Shown one piece after another: positions 44,925 to 64,000 of a stretch of DNA of 64,000 nucleotides. The stretch is from assembly GCA_002633005.1 (NCBI GenBank), contig NMRA01000132.1:834511-898510 (forward strand). Direction: 5' to 3'. A model generated the notes under the pieces. The model did no database searches. It was not told where the DNA came from and saw only the letters and a program-made list of their open reading frames with translations. The DNA is from Phoronis australis (taxonomy: Eukaryota > Animalia > Phoronida). Numbering within the stretch: the first letter of the stretch is position 1; the number at the start of each line of letters is the position of its first letter. A program made the translations under genes and the position numbers.

Positions 44925-47900
44925 CGCGTGAACCATAATGATAATTGTGAAAATTCCTATGTTGACTTCTCAAGTGTTTGCGTCCTCAGTGTCGTTCGCG
45001 TATCCTTCCCAAATGCTGACTGGGATACTGGTGGCCGTTTTAACCTTTGTAACTGGAGTGGTAATGACCCAAAGTATTCCAGTTTTTCCAGACCGATTAG
45101 ATGCGAACGTGAATGATCGAGAAAACTACGGGTAAAGATCTTGTAAAACACATACGTTTATTAAAGAGGCAATGAAACAAGACATGATGATAGACTGACA
45201 CAGACAGGTGCCACAAGCAGGTAACCATGACGGAAGGTCAACTCTCAAAGTGACAAATGCTTGAAGCCTTTTAGGGCATGTAGCATGCCCAAAGTATTTC
45301 AGTGACGTCTGTACTAAGGCATTATGCTTATTTTGACCAATTATACCAAGTTCGAACCATTGTGTTCATTTTGACCAATTGTGGTCGTTTTGACCCGTAG
45401 TGACCGCTGTAACCTATTATGCCAATGTTCGCACTTTAAATTCGTGCTCATCCTTTAATTTCATTTTCATCCATTTGTTAAGTAATAAACATAATTTATA
45501 TTTAGAAAATCTCGATTAAAACGATCATCAATTTGGTTTGATAATTATATCGAAGTGAACAAATAAGTTTTCTTACCACTCTTGTGCATGTGCGTAATTT
45601 TTCTCTTCATTCGAGTATATGTGCAAAACTTTCGTTTGAATAAGCCTGTTTTACATTTATTGGAGTGATTTGCTTTTGCATTAAACGTTTTAAACGTAAT
45701 GAATGCAGAGTTTATATTTATAAATAAATCAAACATAGTGGCAGTAAATGACACATAAACGGACATGGAACTCCGCCCACACAATATTTAACCTAAGCAC
45801 ACTGGCCTAGGCAGAAGAGGAATGGACGTGTCACAGGAAAACCCGGCGTTGACACGAAATGCGGTCTATGTGTCTATGCAAAAAAACCAACGCGGGCGAT
45901 TGCTAAGATTCTTCTGTAAGTCGATCCGTCCCTCTATCACCCTCTGCTGAACATTTTCATCTGTCTACGTCACATACAGAACAAGTCTGTTATGTCAAAT
46001 TATTGTTTGACAGTTCGGAAGTTATCCCTTTCTTTGAGCAATGGGGTTAAATTGTTTGCTTAGCTGTCTGAGGAAACTGAGGGGTTTCCTTCTATTTTTT
46101 GAACTTCTGGGACGGAAACGATAACATAGCCCAGATATAAGCTACTTTTTACAACTCCTTTAATCAAAGTGACTAGTAGTACTCTGACTAGTTTGGACAC
46201 GTATGCGCATGCAGGCTAGTTTGGTTACGTATGCGCATGCAAAATTTTAACTTGCCAATGAAGTTATCACCGATACCACTTGCTCAATATTTGAGCATTT
46301 CAACTTCGCTAATCAGTTAAGTTGTAAAAAAATCATTATGATGACTTATTGTCACAAAAATGGTCTCAACCTGTTCTTTGCTTACGTTACGGGTTATCTC
46401 CGGGCTTGGAAAGATCTGACAGGTCGTTAGTGTTTGGAAATGTCCTCACAGGAGAAAGTGAATTACTCTGTACCAGACGTCGCGAGATGATACTTTCGTC
46501 AGGAATTGTTTAAATGATATTTTTGACGAGCTTTCGCGTTCCATGTCTCTTTAAACAAGCTTTGTCAAATACAATTATCTATCTAACATTTAGCAAATAG
46601 ATAAAAAACGATTGAACAGGTGAAAATGTATTTAACGGATAAAAATGAAAAAACAAATCTGAGGCAAATCTTACGCTAACATTTGGGCTTTTTACCCCAA
46701 CGCCTAAGCGAGGCTAAGTCAGACAGCGACTAACCCGTCCTAATGAATTTACAAATTTATGTTCGTGGCTTAGATTCTGAAGAAAACCTATTAGCTAATT
46801 TCTCTTATAATGCATTGATTTAAAACATCAAAGTCGGCTAGTATTTACTTTTCAATTTTAAAAACGGTCATGTTCAACTTGGTGGATTTGCCTTTGTCAG
46901 AATAAATATTGATTGAGTAATTAATACAGATAGATCCATTTTAAGTTGTCCAAAATTTGTGCATATGTACTTCTAAATCATGGGGCCAAACTTGTTGACG
47001 TGTATTTTAACGTCAAGGTCTATTTCTAGATTATGTTTACCACTTTGGTTCTGGGGTCAAGGCACTCTAAAGATTCTAGAAATTTCTGAGAGCAAAGCGT
47101 AACAGCCAATGATATGATTGGATAACATCATGTGGTTTTTATTAGCCAATCATTCAATAAGTACATTATTATAATTTGGGCTGAAATCTGCACAATACTC
47201 AGATGAGCTATTGTAGTTGAAGCTAAAAAACATGCTACAGTGTGAAAAGGAAATTGTACAACACAGCCATCTCGTGGAAGATTCTAAAGAGGATCTTGGC
47301 AGGTGCAAGGGTTAGGAGGCACACTACAGTTATTACAGGGTTTTGGCTGCCGACACACACTCCAGAGGAGACGAGTCCTTATCTCACGTCCTTATCAACA
47401 GCCTGAAAAAAACAATTTTTTGGCGTCCCCAACTCAAAAGCACTACTCATGGCTAGCTGGTTCCCTACGTACCTGTACCCAGCACGCAGGTATCACGCAG
47501 TGGCACGCGCTTTAGCATTGATTGATGTAACTTCAGCAGTCATTGGTTAGCTTTACAACACTGTGAAAAAATGGCGGACTGTGGACGATTTTTAGCCTTG
47601 TCATGCCTTGAGGTCGCAGCAATTACTTCGTTTCTGCAGTGATGATTTATAGCCGCGTGCTTGAAGCACATACATGTACAATAAACGCATATCTGGCCGA
47701 TTTAACCAGTGTGTTATTTATACTGTATGAATACATGCCAGTATCGTAAACAAAAGTCATCGACAGTAGAAAGATGCACTCCGAATAGGCGCAACCACAA
47801 TTTCTGGCATTTCCTGGACATAAATAATTAAAGCACCGATTTGTCTGTACACCAGACCAAATTTATGTACACTTCAGTCCATCAGTCATGCCAGTTTGTT

Positions 47901-48212
47901 TGTGTAAAGCGCTGCCTGTTGAAAATTCTACTAGCTAATCAGAAACGTCGGTGTAAAAAAGGAGGATACCTGCATGCTGCCTACTGACCACCTAGCGGCA
48001 CGCACAGAACCAGCGAGTACTCATGATAACTGAAGCTTAATTATGCAACAGATTTTTAATAGGCTAATTGAAACCCGGAAAAAATAGCGGCATACATAAA
48101 TAGGATCAAAAACGCCAAATTTGACAGTTTTCTCCGCAAATTTACTACTTCCCCGCAAGTGCTAGAAAAAAACCTGACAACAGACTCAGTTAACTAAAAG
48201 CTTGTCACTTGC

Positions 48213-48367
48213 ATCGTGGGTAGTAAGATACTGTCTATACGTGTTGCATCACGAGGGACTGTCACCAGCAAGAGCAATCGTGGGTAGAAGAAATTGCCTG
48301 CAAGTTCTGCGTCACGACAGACTGTGACCGGCAAGAGAAATCATGGGTAGAAGAAACTGCCTGCAAA
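48213..48367. repeat. Tandem repeat, ~64 bp unit x ~2.4
   Basis: ATCGTGGGTAG(T/A)AGA..GACTGT..GCAAGAG recurring. Confidence 0.7.
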
Positions 48368-51300
48368 CAAAGACGTTAACAAGACTATTCACTAAGGCCA
48401 ACGCCATTATTGTGTCATGGACCGTGGCGACCCCTAGCGGGTGTGCGTGCGCCGACGAAGTACTCGAGGCGTTGAATACGGCCGATTTTATTTTTTCAAA
48501 TTCAAAATTGTGAAGTATCTTTGGTTAAAATATTGAAAACGAAAACATGAGCAGTGCAATGGAAAATACGCATAGGCAAAATGTAGAGTATATCAAGAAA
48601 AATTTGGGAGTAAAGGTAATAACATTACTAGAAATACATCATAAGCAAGAGTGTGATTTTGTCCAGGGGGTCAGAGAAGTAATATACATAAGATAGATTT
48701 GCTGAAGAAGAGGTAGGAGCAAAAACGAAGGGGGGGGGGGGTGGCACCTCGCAACCAAAAGGTTGGGGCGGAGATAGCTTTCTTTCCCCAATATTCCAGG
48801 TGTTGATACTAATCAACGATTAAATATAAAAGCTTTCAGTGCAGAAACATTGTTTTAAAATATAATTGAAAAATTAACAGATTCTCATCCCCCAACCGTC
48901 AAATGTCTCATACGCCAATGTCCAAAAACTGCGCTCTTACCCCATGCAAACGCGGTCCAGATCTTTTTTTCGAAAATTCACGCCTTACGACATTATACAT
49001 TCAAGCAGGGGCGACATGTGCCCAGTTACATGAAACAGTCCCAAATACCGGCTCAAAACTCAACAGGGACAGGTCTAGGATTTTTTAACAGGAGGGGGGA
49101 GGTCGGATCAAAGACTTTTTAAGAAAGGTAGCCGAAGTTAACAATTAGAAAATTCTAGCTATGACATCCCTAAAATCGAGGGAAAATAGGGGTGCGAACC
49201 CCTTTGACAAAGGATCCGCCTGTGCTCAACTGTGTTGCCGAAATCTTTTGCGTATTTTTTCGTTCCTTGTTCACAGTTTTTATATTTTTCTATCATTTTA
49301 TCTTGATTACGAGGTCCTGTTTTGACTGATGACGTTTTCTAATAATGTAACTAAAACACTGAGCCCTTAATTCAGACAAACTGATTAATTAGGGGCGTTG
49401 CATGAAAAGACCTCTACTTATTTTCAATAATATTAAGAATACGCAGTAGTTTTAGGGACCAGAGTGGAGTCGCTATTTGGGACTGATTCACTGGAACCCC
49501 AGAATCCGTGCCTGATGGTATCCGAAATGGGTAGCGAATTGGGGTGGGTAGAAGTGATGGAAACAGGATTCAAGAGGTGTACTGGGGGTTGAAAACCAGC
49601 AAGGGATGGAATTCCTGCTCGCAGTCCAATAAACTTGCCTTGTATGCCAACATAAAGCAGCCAAGATCCCTATTGAATACGCAGTCCATTACGGGTAGTT
49701 TTTGTGATGCTTTCCAGCTCTCGCAAACCATTCACATTTTTTAAAATCAACTATCAGCAGTTAGTTAAAGCATATTAAGCCGACATCGGCTGGTAAAAGT
49801 GGCTAACTTCAAAGTAAATAACAAGGACGCCTTGTTTCCTGACTTGATATTGCAAGACCCGTGTCAAAACAAAAATCTAAACCAAGGTAATACACATACT
49901 ATCAAAGTACCCACCGATGTAGGACTCAATATGCTTTTAAAAGAACATTTCCTTCTACACATCCCATGAAAAATTATCTAGCAGGTTACCAAACCATACA
50001 ATTATTATTGATTATGCACTGAATTCCATACAATGATCATATAATATAGATTATTGACCAACAGCAGCCAGAATGTTTTCTGTATGGGATCACAAGAAAT
50101 AATTCAAATAAGTAACAGCGGATAAGTAAAAACAATGAATGAATGAATAAATAAAAATGAATATATAATAATAGACGAATAATAAACAATAGATAAAAAC
50201 AAATATATGATAATGTAGTAAATAAATAGTAAATATTATTATCTTTTAGATCTGAATGTATTATGACTGCAGAAAGAAATGATAGAAAGCAATCAATGAG
50301 CATGGAATAAACTAATCAGTAGTTCCCAAACCCATGCAAACAATTTACAATAATTTTCTATATAAGCAATCAAATTCAGGGAACAGGAAAGTCATTAAGT
50401 TCAAATCACCCACTCCATCACTGGTTGACTGGCAACAGTTTCACGCAAATACATCCTTTATTTCAATCGTGAAAATCATCTATCGTAATCAGTGGGGAAG
50501 CAAAAAAGCATAAGTCACGAATTTTCAATTAACTCTTACTGCAGCCGCAGGCATTGCAAAAAGCACCATTGCGTTTTTACCTACTGGATCTGTCATATCT
50601 TGCCATATCTGTTTATTGCACACAAGCCCACTAGACGTCTCTAAAGTCCAGGAAACAACAATGGCCGCCAGTGGCCGTCCAATGGCATTTCGCTCGGTTG
50701 TTTGTCTCCCTCTTTACGGTCTCTGCTGCAAATGAGGCGTCACGACGAAGGACTGTGACCACCAAATACACTGCCGCAGTATAGTGTGTATTAGTTCGAA
50801 TATTCGCCAACAAGGCTGTCATCCAGCAAGTGTTCTGCACCTTGGATGAGTATTTACAGATAGTTGATTGAAAAGGGCGCTCGCGTAGTTACCCTTCTTC
50901 ATTGTTAGCTTACTTAATTAACAACAGGTTTCACTTGCTTTAATTAGTGGATATCATATGATAAATTAATTACTGGATTTAATTATTCTCCATCTAAGCC
51001 CAACCTCAAAGCATAGCTACCTTTTAACAAACCCACAGCCAATTTCTGACAGCCTTACCTATTGTTCGTGCTTTAACTTTCAAACGTGTACACGAAACAG
51101 GCGTGCTGGTTTATGACGGCAATTATCTCATCCTGCACGTTCAGCCAATGGGGCTATTCGGAAAATCTACAATAACTAGAGGGCGTACGTGTACTAGTGG
51201 TGATAGATTAACAGCTCGATTTCGCGAGCCCTTTAAATACATGGTGAAATGGCTTGCAGCCGTACCAACTGAATCTGAGATTGCGTAAAAAGGGTGCTTC

Positions 51301-54112
51301 TATGACAGGAAGTAAGCACGACCTCATACAATGGTAAGGTTTGGGATTATTTTAACGATTATTCCATGATTATTCTACCGATGCCTGTTAACTGAGGCAC
51401 TCGCCGATGTCGACTTCGCGGCAGTCAGTCGCCAGCCAGAGCTGGTTAGTCTTTGTATGTTGTGATATGTGATACTATACTTGACGTATCAATCGGGACC
51501 TTTTCGTACATCAAAGCATTATTATTGTTTGGAATGATTTCTAAAAGTTTATCAGTGACAGTTACATCAATCAATGCTGAATGTTTATGCTGTCAACTCG
51601 ATACAGGTTAATGAAGATTACAATCCAATCCCAATGGCAAAGGGTACGTGAGTGATAAATATCCATTGCATTAGACTATTTGTTTACTCCCTATGATATG
51701 TCTTCTGGAAATGTATTGCACGTTGAAATGGAAATCTATCATGTCAGTTTTCACGTAACCTTTGGTTTTTAGGTTTGAAGGCTTGTACCGTGCAGAGGAG
51801 ATATGCATCGCTTCTGCACCGTCCCTGAATGGACAGAAATTGGTTTTTAGCATTTGACTGCAGTTAACCAACAAGATCTTTCCATCCAGTGCAGATCTGT
51901 TGTCAAAGCCTACTTTCAATGTTGGAGACAACGAACAAAGTCTTTGAAAAGGAACAGCTATTTTTAAAGTCATTTTTTTTAAATTACTTATTCAGGTCCC
52001 GAGGGGGGGATTGGCATGGGGGGTTGTAGTATTTGGTACAACTGAATGTGTGGAAATAACAGGCAATACATGTTTGGGGAAAAGAGCACGGTGAGGTAAT
52101 TCTTAACCTTCACGAAGTCCCTTCAAGTTGATTTCATGAAACTTTTTTGCTACTTGTATCATTTGTAAAACCACGAAAATATATTACATTTTCTGAATTC
52201 ACAGTGACTGAATAGTCTTAACTCATGCCTTGAAATGTTGCAAGTCGTTATAAATTCAAATGACTGCCATTTTTTGTGAAAATTGCATTTTTGATGGTGC
52301 CTTACGNAGTTTAAAATTGCTGAAAGTATCAAAATTAAAAAGGCTTGAAAATGGGTAACAAAGGTTTGAAGTTGTCTCAAAAAATTGTATATTTTACAGA
52401 CAAGAGACGTGTTTAAATAATTGTTATGGCTAGGGATAAAAATAGAGACACAGTTTTATGCAATACTCATTATATACACCCTTGGTTTCTGAAAATAGTA
52501 ATTATCTACTTTTATGTGAAACTGTAGATCAATCACCACATATTTTTAAAAAACATTGATAACATTTTTGATCCAATCTGGAGTACTTAATTATTCATAT
52601 TTCAATATTTGTTCCAGGTTCAGTGACATTTTAAGGCCACTTCGAGCTGTATCATAGACAAGCTTTGTTACTCAGTTCTCTTCCCACAGCACTTCCACAC
52701 ACCAGCAGTGCTGCATGGCACAATGTGCAAGTCAGTGGCCCTGGAGAAATGTGAATCGCAGTACTAAGTTACCACAAGACAATGTGCCAGTGGAGTGTCA
52801 CTGTGTATCCAGACGAAGTATATCTGACTGCTACACAAATAAGCCTTGTTGGTAAGGATGCTCTTTCATAGGCAATTAGTCATGTGTGGACAACTGCTTA
52901 TTTCCTTTCCTGGAAGAAACATGAGGGACTGAAGCTAAAGAAGACATAGTCACACTCTGGTCTAGTTCAGAGTCTGATTTTGGGCTCGAAACGATTCAAG
53001 TGATATGCTGCTGTGTTTACTTTCAAGGGTCTAATTGTGGATGTTATTGAGGCTGAATGAGGTTACATGAAAGAAAGCCACGTGTTGAAACTGGACCNTG
53101 TAAAAGAAAAGACAAGACAAAACTACTTTTGTAAGGCAGAACATACTTGACATTTCATCTTCATGTTTATGTGTTGAAACTAATAACCTTTGTACCCAAG
53201 TCTTATTTAATATCTACATAAAAATATGTGAAACAGGCTAAAAGTGATTTAACAATGTGTATTTTTCACGACACTTAAAATGTGCTTCTGATCTCAACAA
53301 GTAAAATTCATTCTAGGTGTCAATTTTTTTCCAATGCAATGTTACGACATTTACTGAATTAAGGCTTATCCATGTTAATTCGATAACTGAGCTGGTGGTC
53401 CTGGGGGTGGGGTCCACGATAAAATAAGGAAACTCACTCATCTTGAGAATTTTATTGGAAACAGCATAGTTTTGAAGAGAAACTGCTGTGAAAAAGTCAC
53501 TCTTGACTTCTGTGCATCACGTACCATACACCTCTTATTTTGGGAGCACTCCCACCCAGGACAATATGTGCTGCAAGCCTACCCGGCATCGGGTGAGTTT
53601 CCAAAAAGAAACACTTAGTTCCACTCAATAAAACTGTTATTCAGTGGGGGTACTGGTGGGGATAACATCACCGAACGATGTTGATAGAAACTGATTGCTA
53701 AAAACTTACCAAGTAATGTTGTGTAGTCTCCGAATGGAACTGCATAGTCATAGAAATAGAGCACACACGGGGCTTCAGCATCCACACACTTTTTGTCAGT
53801 TAGTTGACCCTGTTGACCGCAGTTGTCCACGAATATAGTAACCTTAGGTCTTTTGGGAATTTGTAGCCACCTGTCGAAGACTTGCACCAGGGAAATTAGC
53901 AGTAATAAGGCTTAGCGCGACGACGTATTTTGATGAAAATTCCATCTTTTACCAGTTGTTTACATGCAGACAGCCAAGCATGCGCAATTCAATCACCACT
54001 AGTACAGCAGCGACACCGCGAGGAGAATTCTCCGAATAGCCCCATTGTAACAAGGAATATTGTTGGGACAGAAATGAACTCTGCGAGATCGTAACAAACT
54101 GCTTATGACGCT

Positions 54113-54282
54113 GATGATAATAATAATAATAATAGTAACATTCATAGTAATACTACTAATAATAATCGCAGTAATAATAATAGTAATTATAGTAAAAGTA
54201 ATAGTAATAACGACAGTAATAATAGTAGTAGTAATACTCACAATGGTAATTATTATTATTATTATTATCAGTACTATTATTG
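54113..54282. repeat. (TAA/TAG)n low-complexity repeat
   Basis: Directly visible. It explains the poly-Ile ORFs in the track. Confidence 0.9.
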
Positions 54283-54721
54283 TTCTAATTGGAAGGCTCA
54301 ATCATTCTCTTGACTTTATGAATTCATTACCAATTGATGATTCAGTCGTCAATAACGATGAATCGTACCACCTGGAGACTGACAATGTTCTTTGGCGAGA
54401 CGCTGTGCAACATGACTCATCAGTCATCAGGCACAACACAGAGCAAGCAGCCAGACACTTACCCAGTTGTTAGGCGGGGAGCTACCATTGGCACCGCTGG
54501 CTCCGTCGGCCCAGACGTAGAAATCGGCATATGGCCCGCTGGAACTCTTGCTACTCTCCGCGAACCACTTGTGGGTTTTACTGGTGTGATTAGGGATAAA
54601 GTCCAGCAACAGCTTCATACCTACAATATTACAGGAAAACAGGGGTTGACAGTTATAACTGGTGAGACATGTCAACTGTTACACTCTTCACGATTATTAA
54701 TTATAAAAAATAACTGTAGGT

Positions 54722-54940
54722 GGTCTGTTACATGTTGTGCCAGACGTGTGCTGGCCGCTCAGGTGGGCCCATACCACTGATCACCTGGAACCATTTTTAC
54801 GATTTATTAATATATAGTTAAAAACCAAGCTGACGAGCTGGAGACCTGATTCAAAGGTCCAGCAGTGTGGCGCAGTGGGACTCGAACCCATGACCTTGCG
54901 CAAAGGAAGCGACAATTGTCCCACTAGACCACACTGCCTC
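54722..54940 (-). mobile_element. tRNA-derived SINE, copy 3
   Basis: Minus strand GAGGCAGTGTGGTCTAGTGG..GGGTTCGAGTCCC..AAAATGGTTCCAGGTGATCAGTGGTATGGGCCCAC..CACGTCTGGCACAAC. Confidence 0.75.
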
Positions 54941-55482
54941 CTCTCACTGTGCAGATTATTCTCTGTGAAGTTACAGGTTTAGAAATTGCTTAAGAAATTT
55001 AAAATCCACAAGATAAAAGGTTCAAAATAAATAGTTAAAGCATTTTTGTGTCGAGGTTATGTTGGACCCTAGAAAATTTTCCAAATTTGAAAGTCCAAAT
55101 GTTTTCTGCTTTCAGAAAGCACATACTTTTACATTTTAATTTCTACAATTATCTAGATATCTGGCTACACAGGGACCAGTTGATGAAGTCCCACGTAACC
55201 TTTAGTTTTAAAAACCACAAGGCAGGCAAAATACGTACAAGAAGGAGCCCCTTAGTTTGTGCTAAATTTGAATGCTGAGCAGGGACAACGAAATTGACAC
55301 TGAAATTTTGGTTCTGAAAATATGGCACGGGCAACTTTTATTTTTTATCTCAAATTTTGAACACTGGACGTTTTGTTACAAAGTAGTAAATGTAAACTGA
55401 CAAGTTTAGACATTATTATGTTGGCATTCAGTGCCAGTGAGGCAGTCAGAGCAGCAAACGATTTATCTGTGGATTGGATTTA

Positions 55483-57210
55483 CCGTAATCGTTCGGGTTA
55501 ACGCCCTGGGCGGTTAAATTGGCGAACCCAAAAAATCGGGGGTGGGCGGTTAACCAGACATGGGCGCTTAAACGTGAAATTTCAAGGAAACGGGGGGGGG
55601 GCGGTTAACTGAACATGGGCGCTTATTACGACCGGCAACCGCCCTGGGCGGTTAATCTTACCTTATGATCTGAGTCACCACACGTACTAAGCCACATACT
55701 GGGATCGCCTAACACTTTGAAAAGAACTTTATCGCCACCAAGTGCGTACTCTGCGCACTCTAATTAACAAATAGTTTCGAAAATGTAGAGTGTGGTCAAA
55801 CTCCGAACGCTTGCATAGAAAGTTTGCTACATAATATGGCGCCTCAGGTGAGACCGATTATTGCGAATTATGCTCATTATTTCACTATACTTCGCAGACG
55901 TTGAACATGTTCACCTGCGTAGCAGACGGTAGCTGTGCTGTCGTTTTAACCCAGTTGTGGTCACGTGCTGACCCATTTTTCCTGTGATCAGTGCACTCCC
56001 ATAATAAACAACTTAACTGACGGTCACGTAGACAAGGACTACCAGCAGTTCCGAATTTCAGTTCAAAATCATTTCGAGATAACAGAATGTACTCCTGGTC
56101 TGAATGGTCAAAAAGCATAAAAATGTATAATCAATCACGAAATCGGGTTCAACTATTCAGCTGCCATGCACTGTCGATTCGCCTGTTTATGTTGCCGGTA
56201 TGTGGAGTTGACATGTACGGTACTCTGGCCTTTCAATGGCTAAATACAATAACAAACTTTTTGTTAACAAACTCTACATTCAAAAAATTGCCACCAAGTT
56301 ACATTGCAAAACACAAACACGAGTTTCTGTCTACACTCGCGTTTTTACTGGTCGACTTAGCAAACAAGAAGTCGGCCGATTCCAGTGTCGACCTTGAACA
56401 ACCGTCGTTGCGGTTTTCGTTTCGACTGCGAGACGCAGCTTTTGTTAGCAAATGAAACCATCTATTCTCGGTAAAAATAATTCTTAGACGAAGCCTTAAT
56501 TGTTCGGGTAAGTAACCCCGGTTTACTATATGCGACGAAATTACCGTGACGAGAGTACTCGAAAGACGGGGATCTCGATAACCCGGCAATTACACTCACC
56601 AAAATATAAAGAATTTATCAACTTTTCGCGGTTTATGGGAATTCTTCAAAATCCCGAGAGCTTACAACCTAAAGCGCATTCAGAGGGTTGGCAAAAGCAA
56701 TGTCACATTTCTCTGACCTGGTTATTTCGAATGCATCTTTTATATAGTGCACTGTAGTCGATAACTCAGTGCGGCAGAGATTGTGGCTGAAAGTGGAGGT
56801 GTAGACGCCAGCGCGGTTCCTAAAGTTTGCGAACATGAGAAGAAAAGAAAGTGACAAAGTGTTCAAGTATTACATTTTGAAGTTAATCGATGACCCGTTA
56901 CAATAATTTGTTACTGGTATCATAATTCACATTGCTAAACCGCGGTCTCTGAGGCCGTCGTTGCACTCAATGTTATCATCGATCTTAATCTAAAAGGTCG
57001 GGGATTCGCGTTTCCTATTAGCACAGGGCGGTAATCACCAATCGTCAAAAGTAGGGGATGGGCGGTTAACCGAGCAGTGGGCGGTTAATTGGAAATCTTC
57101 AAAAATAGCAGGGGGGCGGTTAACCGAGCAGTGGGCGGTTAAATCGAAATTCACCTAAAGTAGGGGGTGGGCGGTTAACTGAGCATGGGCGTTAACCCGA
57201 ACGATTACGG
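55483..57210. mobile_element. 1.73 kb non-autonomous Tc1/mariner-pogo (Tigger-like) element
   Basis: Perfect 24-bp TIR CCGTAATCGTTCGGGTTAACGCCC; TA TSD on both sides; many subterminal GGGCGGTTAA repeats; no transposase ORF. Confidence 0.88.
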
Positions 57211-57807
57211 TATGCCCAGTATGGCATTACAGCAGTTAAATAGCTGGCACATCTGCTGGCAGTCCAATTATAGCTGAGGCTGCCTAATAACAGCTGAAGC
57301 CTGCTCTACCACTTCAGTATAGACTACCGGTATCATAGCAAACAGCAGCTGCCTGCGTGAAACACAGAAACCATGTGAAACACAGAAACGCCAGGTTTCC
57401 ACAACAGTCAAGTCAGTTAGGACAAGACTCTGTAATATCATAATATGCACATATTGGTTTCTAATAACAGTTACAAATGGATAATGCAAGTCACGTTGAT
57501 TAACTCACATCCACCATTCATTTCGCAGCAATAAGTCACAAATCCCCAGTAAAAGATACAAAGTTCCATCACGTCTGGCCTTAGGGGTTTTAAGATGTTT
57601 TTGAGCTGCCCAATACATTGGACTTCATATTTTTTAAGATAGCATTTTCCCAGCATTTACTTCCTAAGACAACACTATCAAGTATTATCGTACTTACATC
57701 CGGTCAGATTATCTCACATGCAGTAATTTTTGACAAAACAACACGACATTATCTTGTAACAACGGGTGTCAAAAGGAATTCCAAGCAATCACCTTGATAA
57801 CCGTTAA

Positions 57808-57881
57808 GGGCTGTTCCAGTAAAATCTGTATGGGAGGGGGGAAGGCACCTTTTTTTCGCACCCACCACCCATATTTTTCAT
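57808..57881. mobile_element. Terminus of the Harbinger-like MITE family seen at 13733-14299, cut by an assembly N
   Basis: Reverse complement of ~14224-14299. Confidence 0.8.
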
Positions 57882-57882
57882 N

Positions 57883-63040
<5,158 letters not shown>

Positions 63041-64000
63041 GTAAGTGGTAAAATTGAAAAATGGGCATTTGGTGCGTGAGGTCGACTAGTTTCTCTGAAA
63101 CGCTGTTACTCTGGAGGGACATGTTTACAAACTGTGAACCCCCAGTCACCAGGTGGCGAGAACTTCTCATCTTTGAGTTGGCTTACCTAAAAATGCCTGT
63201 GATGGAAAATGATATTTTGCAAGTCCGCTCAAAAAAAAAAACTGGGCAAAGACTTAAAGCGGAAGGCAACCTTTTTTCAGGTCATTTTTAGCGGAAATAA
63301 GGTTCATTGATTATCCCTGACATATTTTTCACTTAATTACAGCTTTTTGCAATTTCATTAATAATTCGTCCTCTACTCCAGAAGTGACGTTTTGGGAAGC
63401 AAGAATTTCGCGCAAATTTCTTTTCACAGTCTAACTGTGAGAGTTGCGGAGGCAGTCATTGTTCTATCTCGGTTGTGATAAGTTCCATGGTGTTTGCTTT
63501 TGTTTTCGAGTTAGTCAACATGCCACATTGTTGCTGCGTACTGGGATGTACTCAGAGCCTGTAAGCAGCCCTGCTGTGATGTTGAGTAGTGGGAGTGAAT
63601 ACAGGCCCAGCTAGACACCGAGTGAAGAGGAGAGTTCATCATCCACAGGCCTTTATGCAGCGTACGTCCGGGGCATCCAAATGGACACCCTAGCACTAAT
63701 TTGGACACCCTGGCAAGGACTCACTGAAGGCTCACAGTGGGGGCTCTTTTTTCAAAGCAGGAAGAAATATACAATGTACACAAAGTATATACAATGTTGC
63801 CATGCTCACATTTGGTTGATAGCATTGTAAAAGTCTTGGTCTACATTTATTTTTTAGTAAAAATGCTCACTACAGAAGGCTGTTTTGTAAACTTAGATGT
63901 AAAAGCCGCTTCGTCTATGCATTTTTTGTAAAAAAATCTGTGTGTTTGGGGGGATTGCTGGGGGTGGGGGGTTACACGTCGGAATCATGGACACCCTGGA

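Noticed and set aside
45200-53500. Hidden gene or further SLC3 exons in the intergenic stretch
   Set aside because: No exon with recognisable protein similarity was found by eye. This cannot be excluded without TBLASTN or RNA-seq.
53999-54473. Hydrophobic poly-Ile ORFs resembling membrane proteins
   Set aside because: Translations of a (TAA)n repeat.

Overview
AT-rich, intron-rich animal (invertebrate-like) genomic DNA; the taxon cannot be determined from the sequence. From left to right the window holds three gene loci. (1) A 5'-incomplete MYBBP1A/Pol5-family gene on the + strand, with 29 exons read by eye (2643-28629). Its introns host seven box C/D snoRNAs, one per intron: four SNORD57/snR51-type guides for 18S Am99 and three copies of a 28S guide with compensatorily altered C (RUGAUU) and D (AUGA) boxes. 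(2) Two tandem, intact 5-exon METTL27/WBSCR27-like methyltransferase paralogs on the - strand. (3) A head-to-head inverted duplication of an SLC3 (rBAT/4F2hc-type) heavy-chain gene, forming a ~1.2 kb palindrome around a shared promoter; the - copy is cut by an assembly N. Mobile DNA includes two copies of a 2.18 kb non-autonomous TIR element with 5-bp TSDs (hAT5-like), a TA-TSD pogo/Tigger-like element, Harbinger-like MITEs, three tRNA-derived SINEs, a minimal hammerhead ribozyme motif and simple repeats. Most short ORFs in the supplied track are spurious. All coordinates and similarities were read manually and no database search was run.
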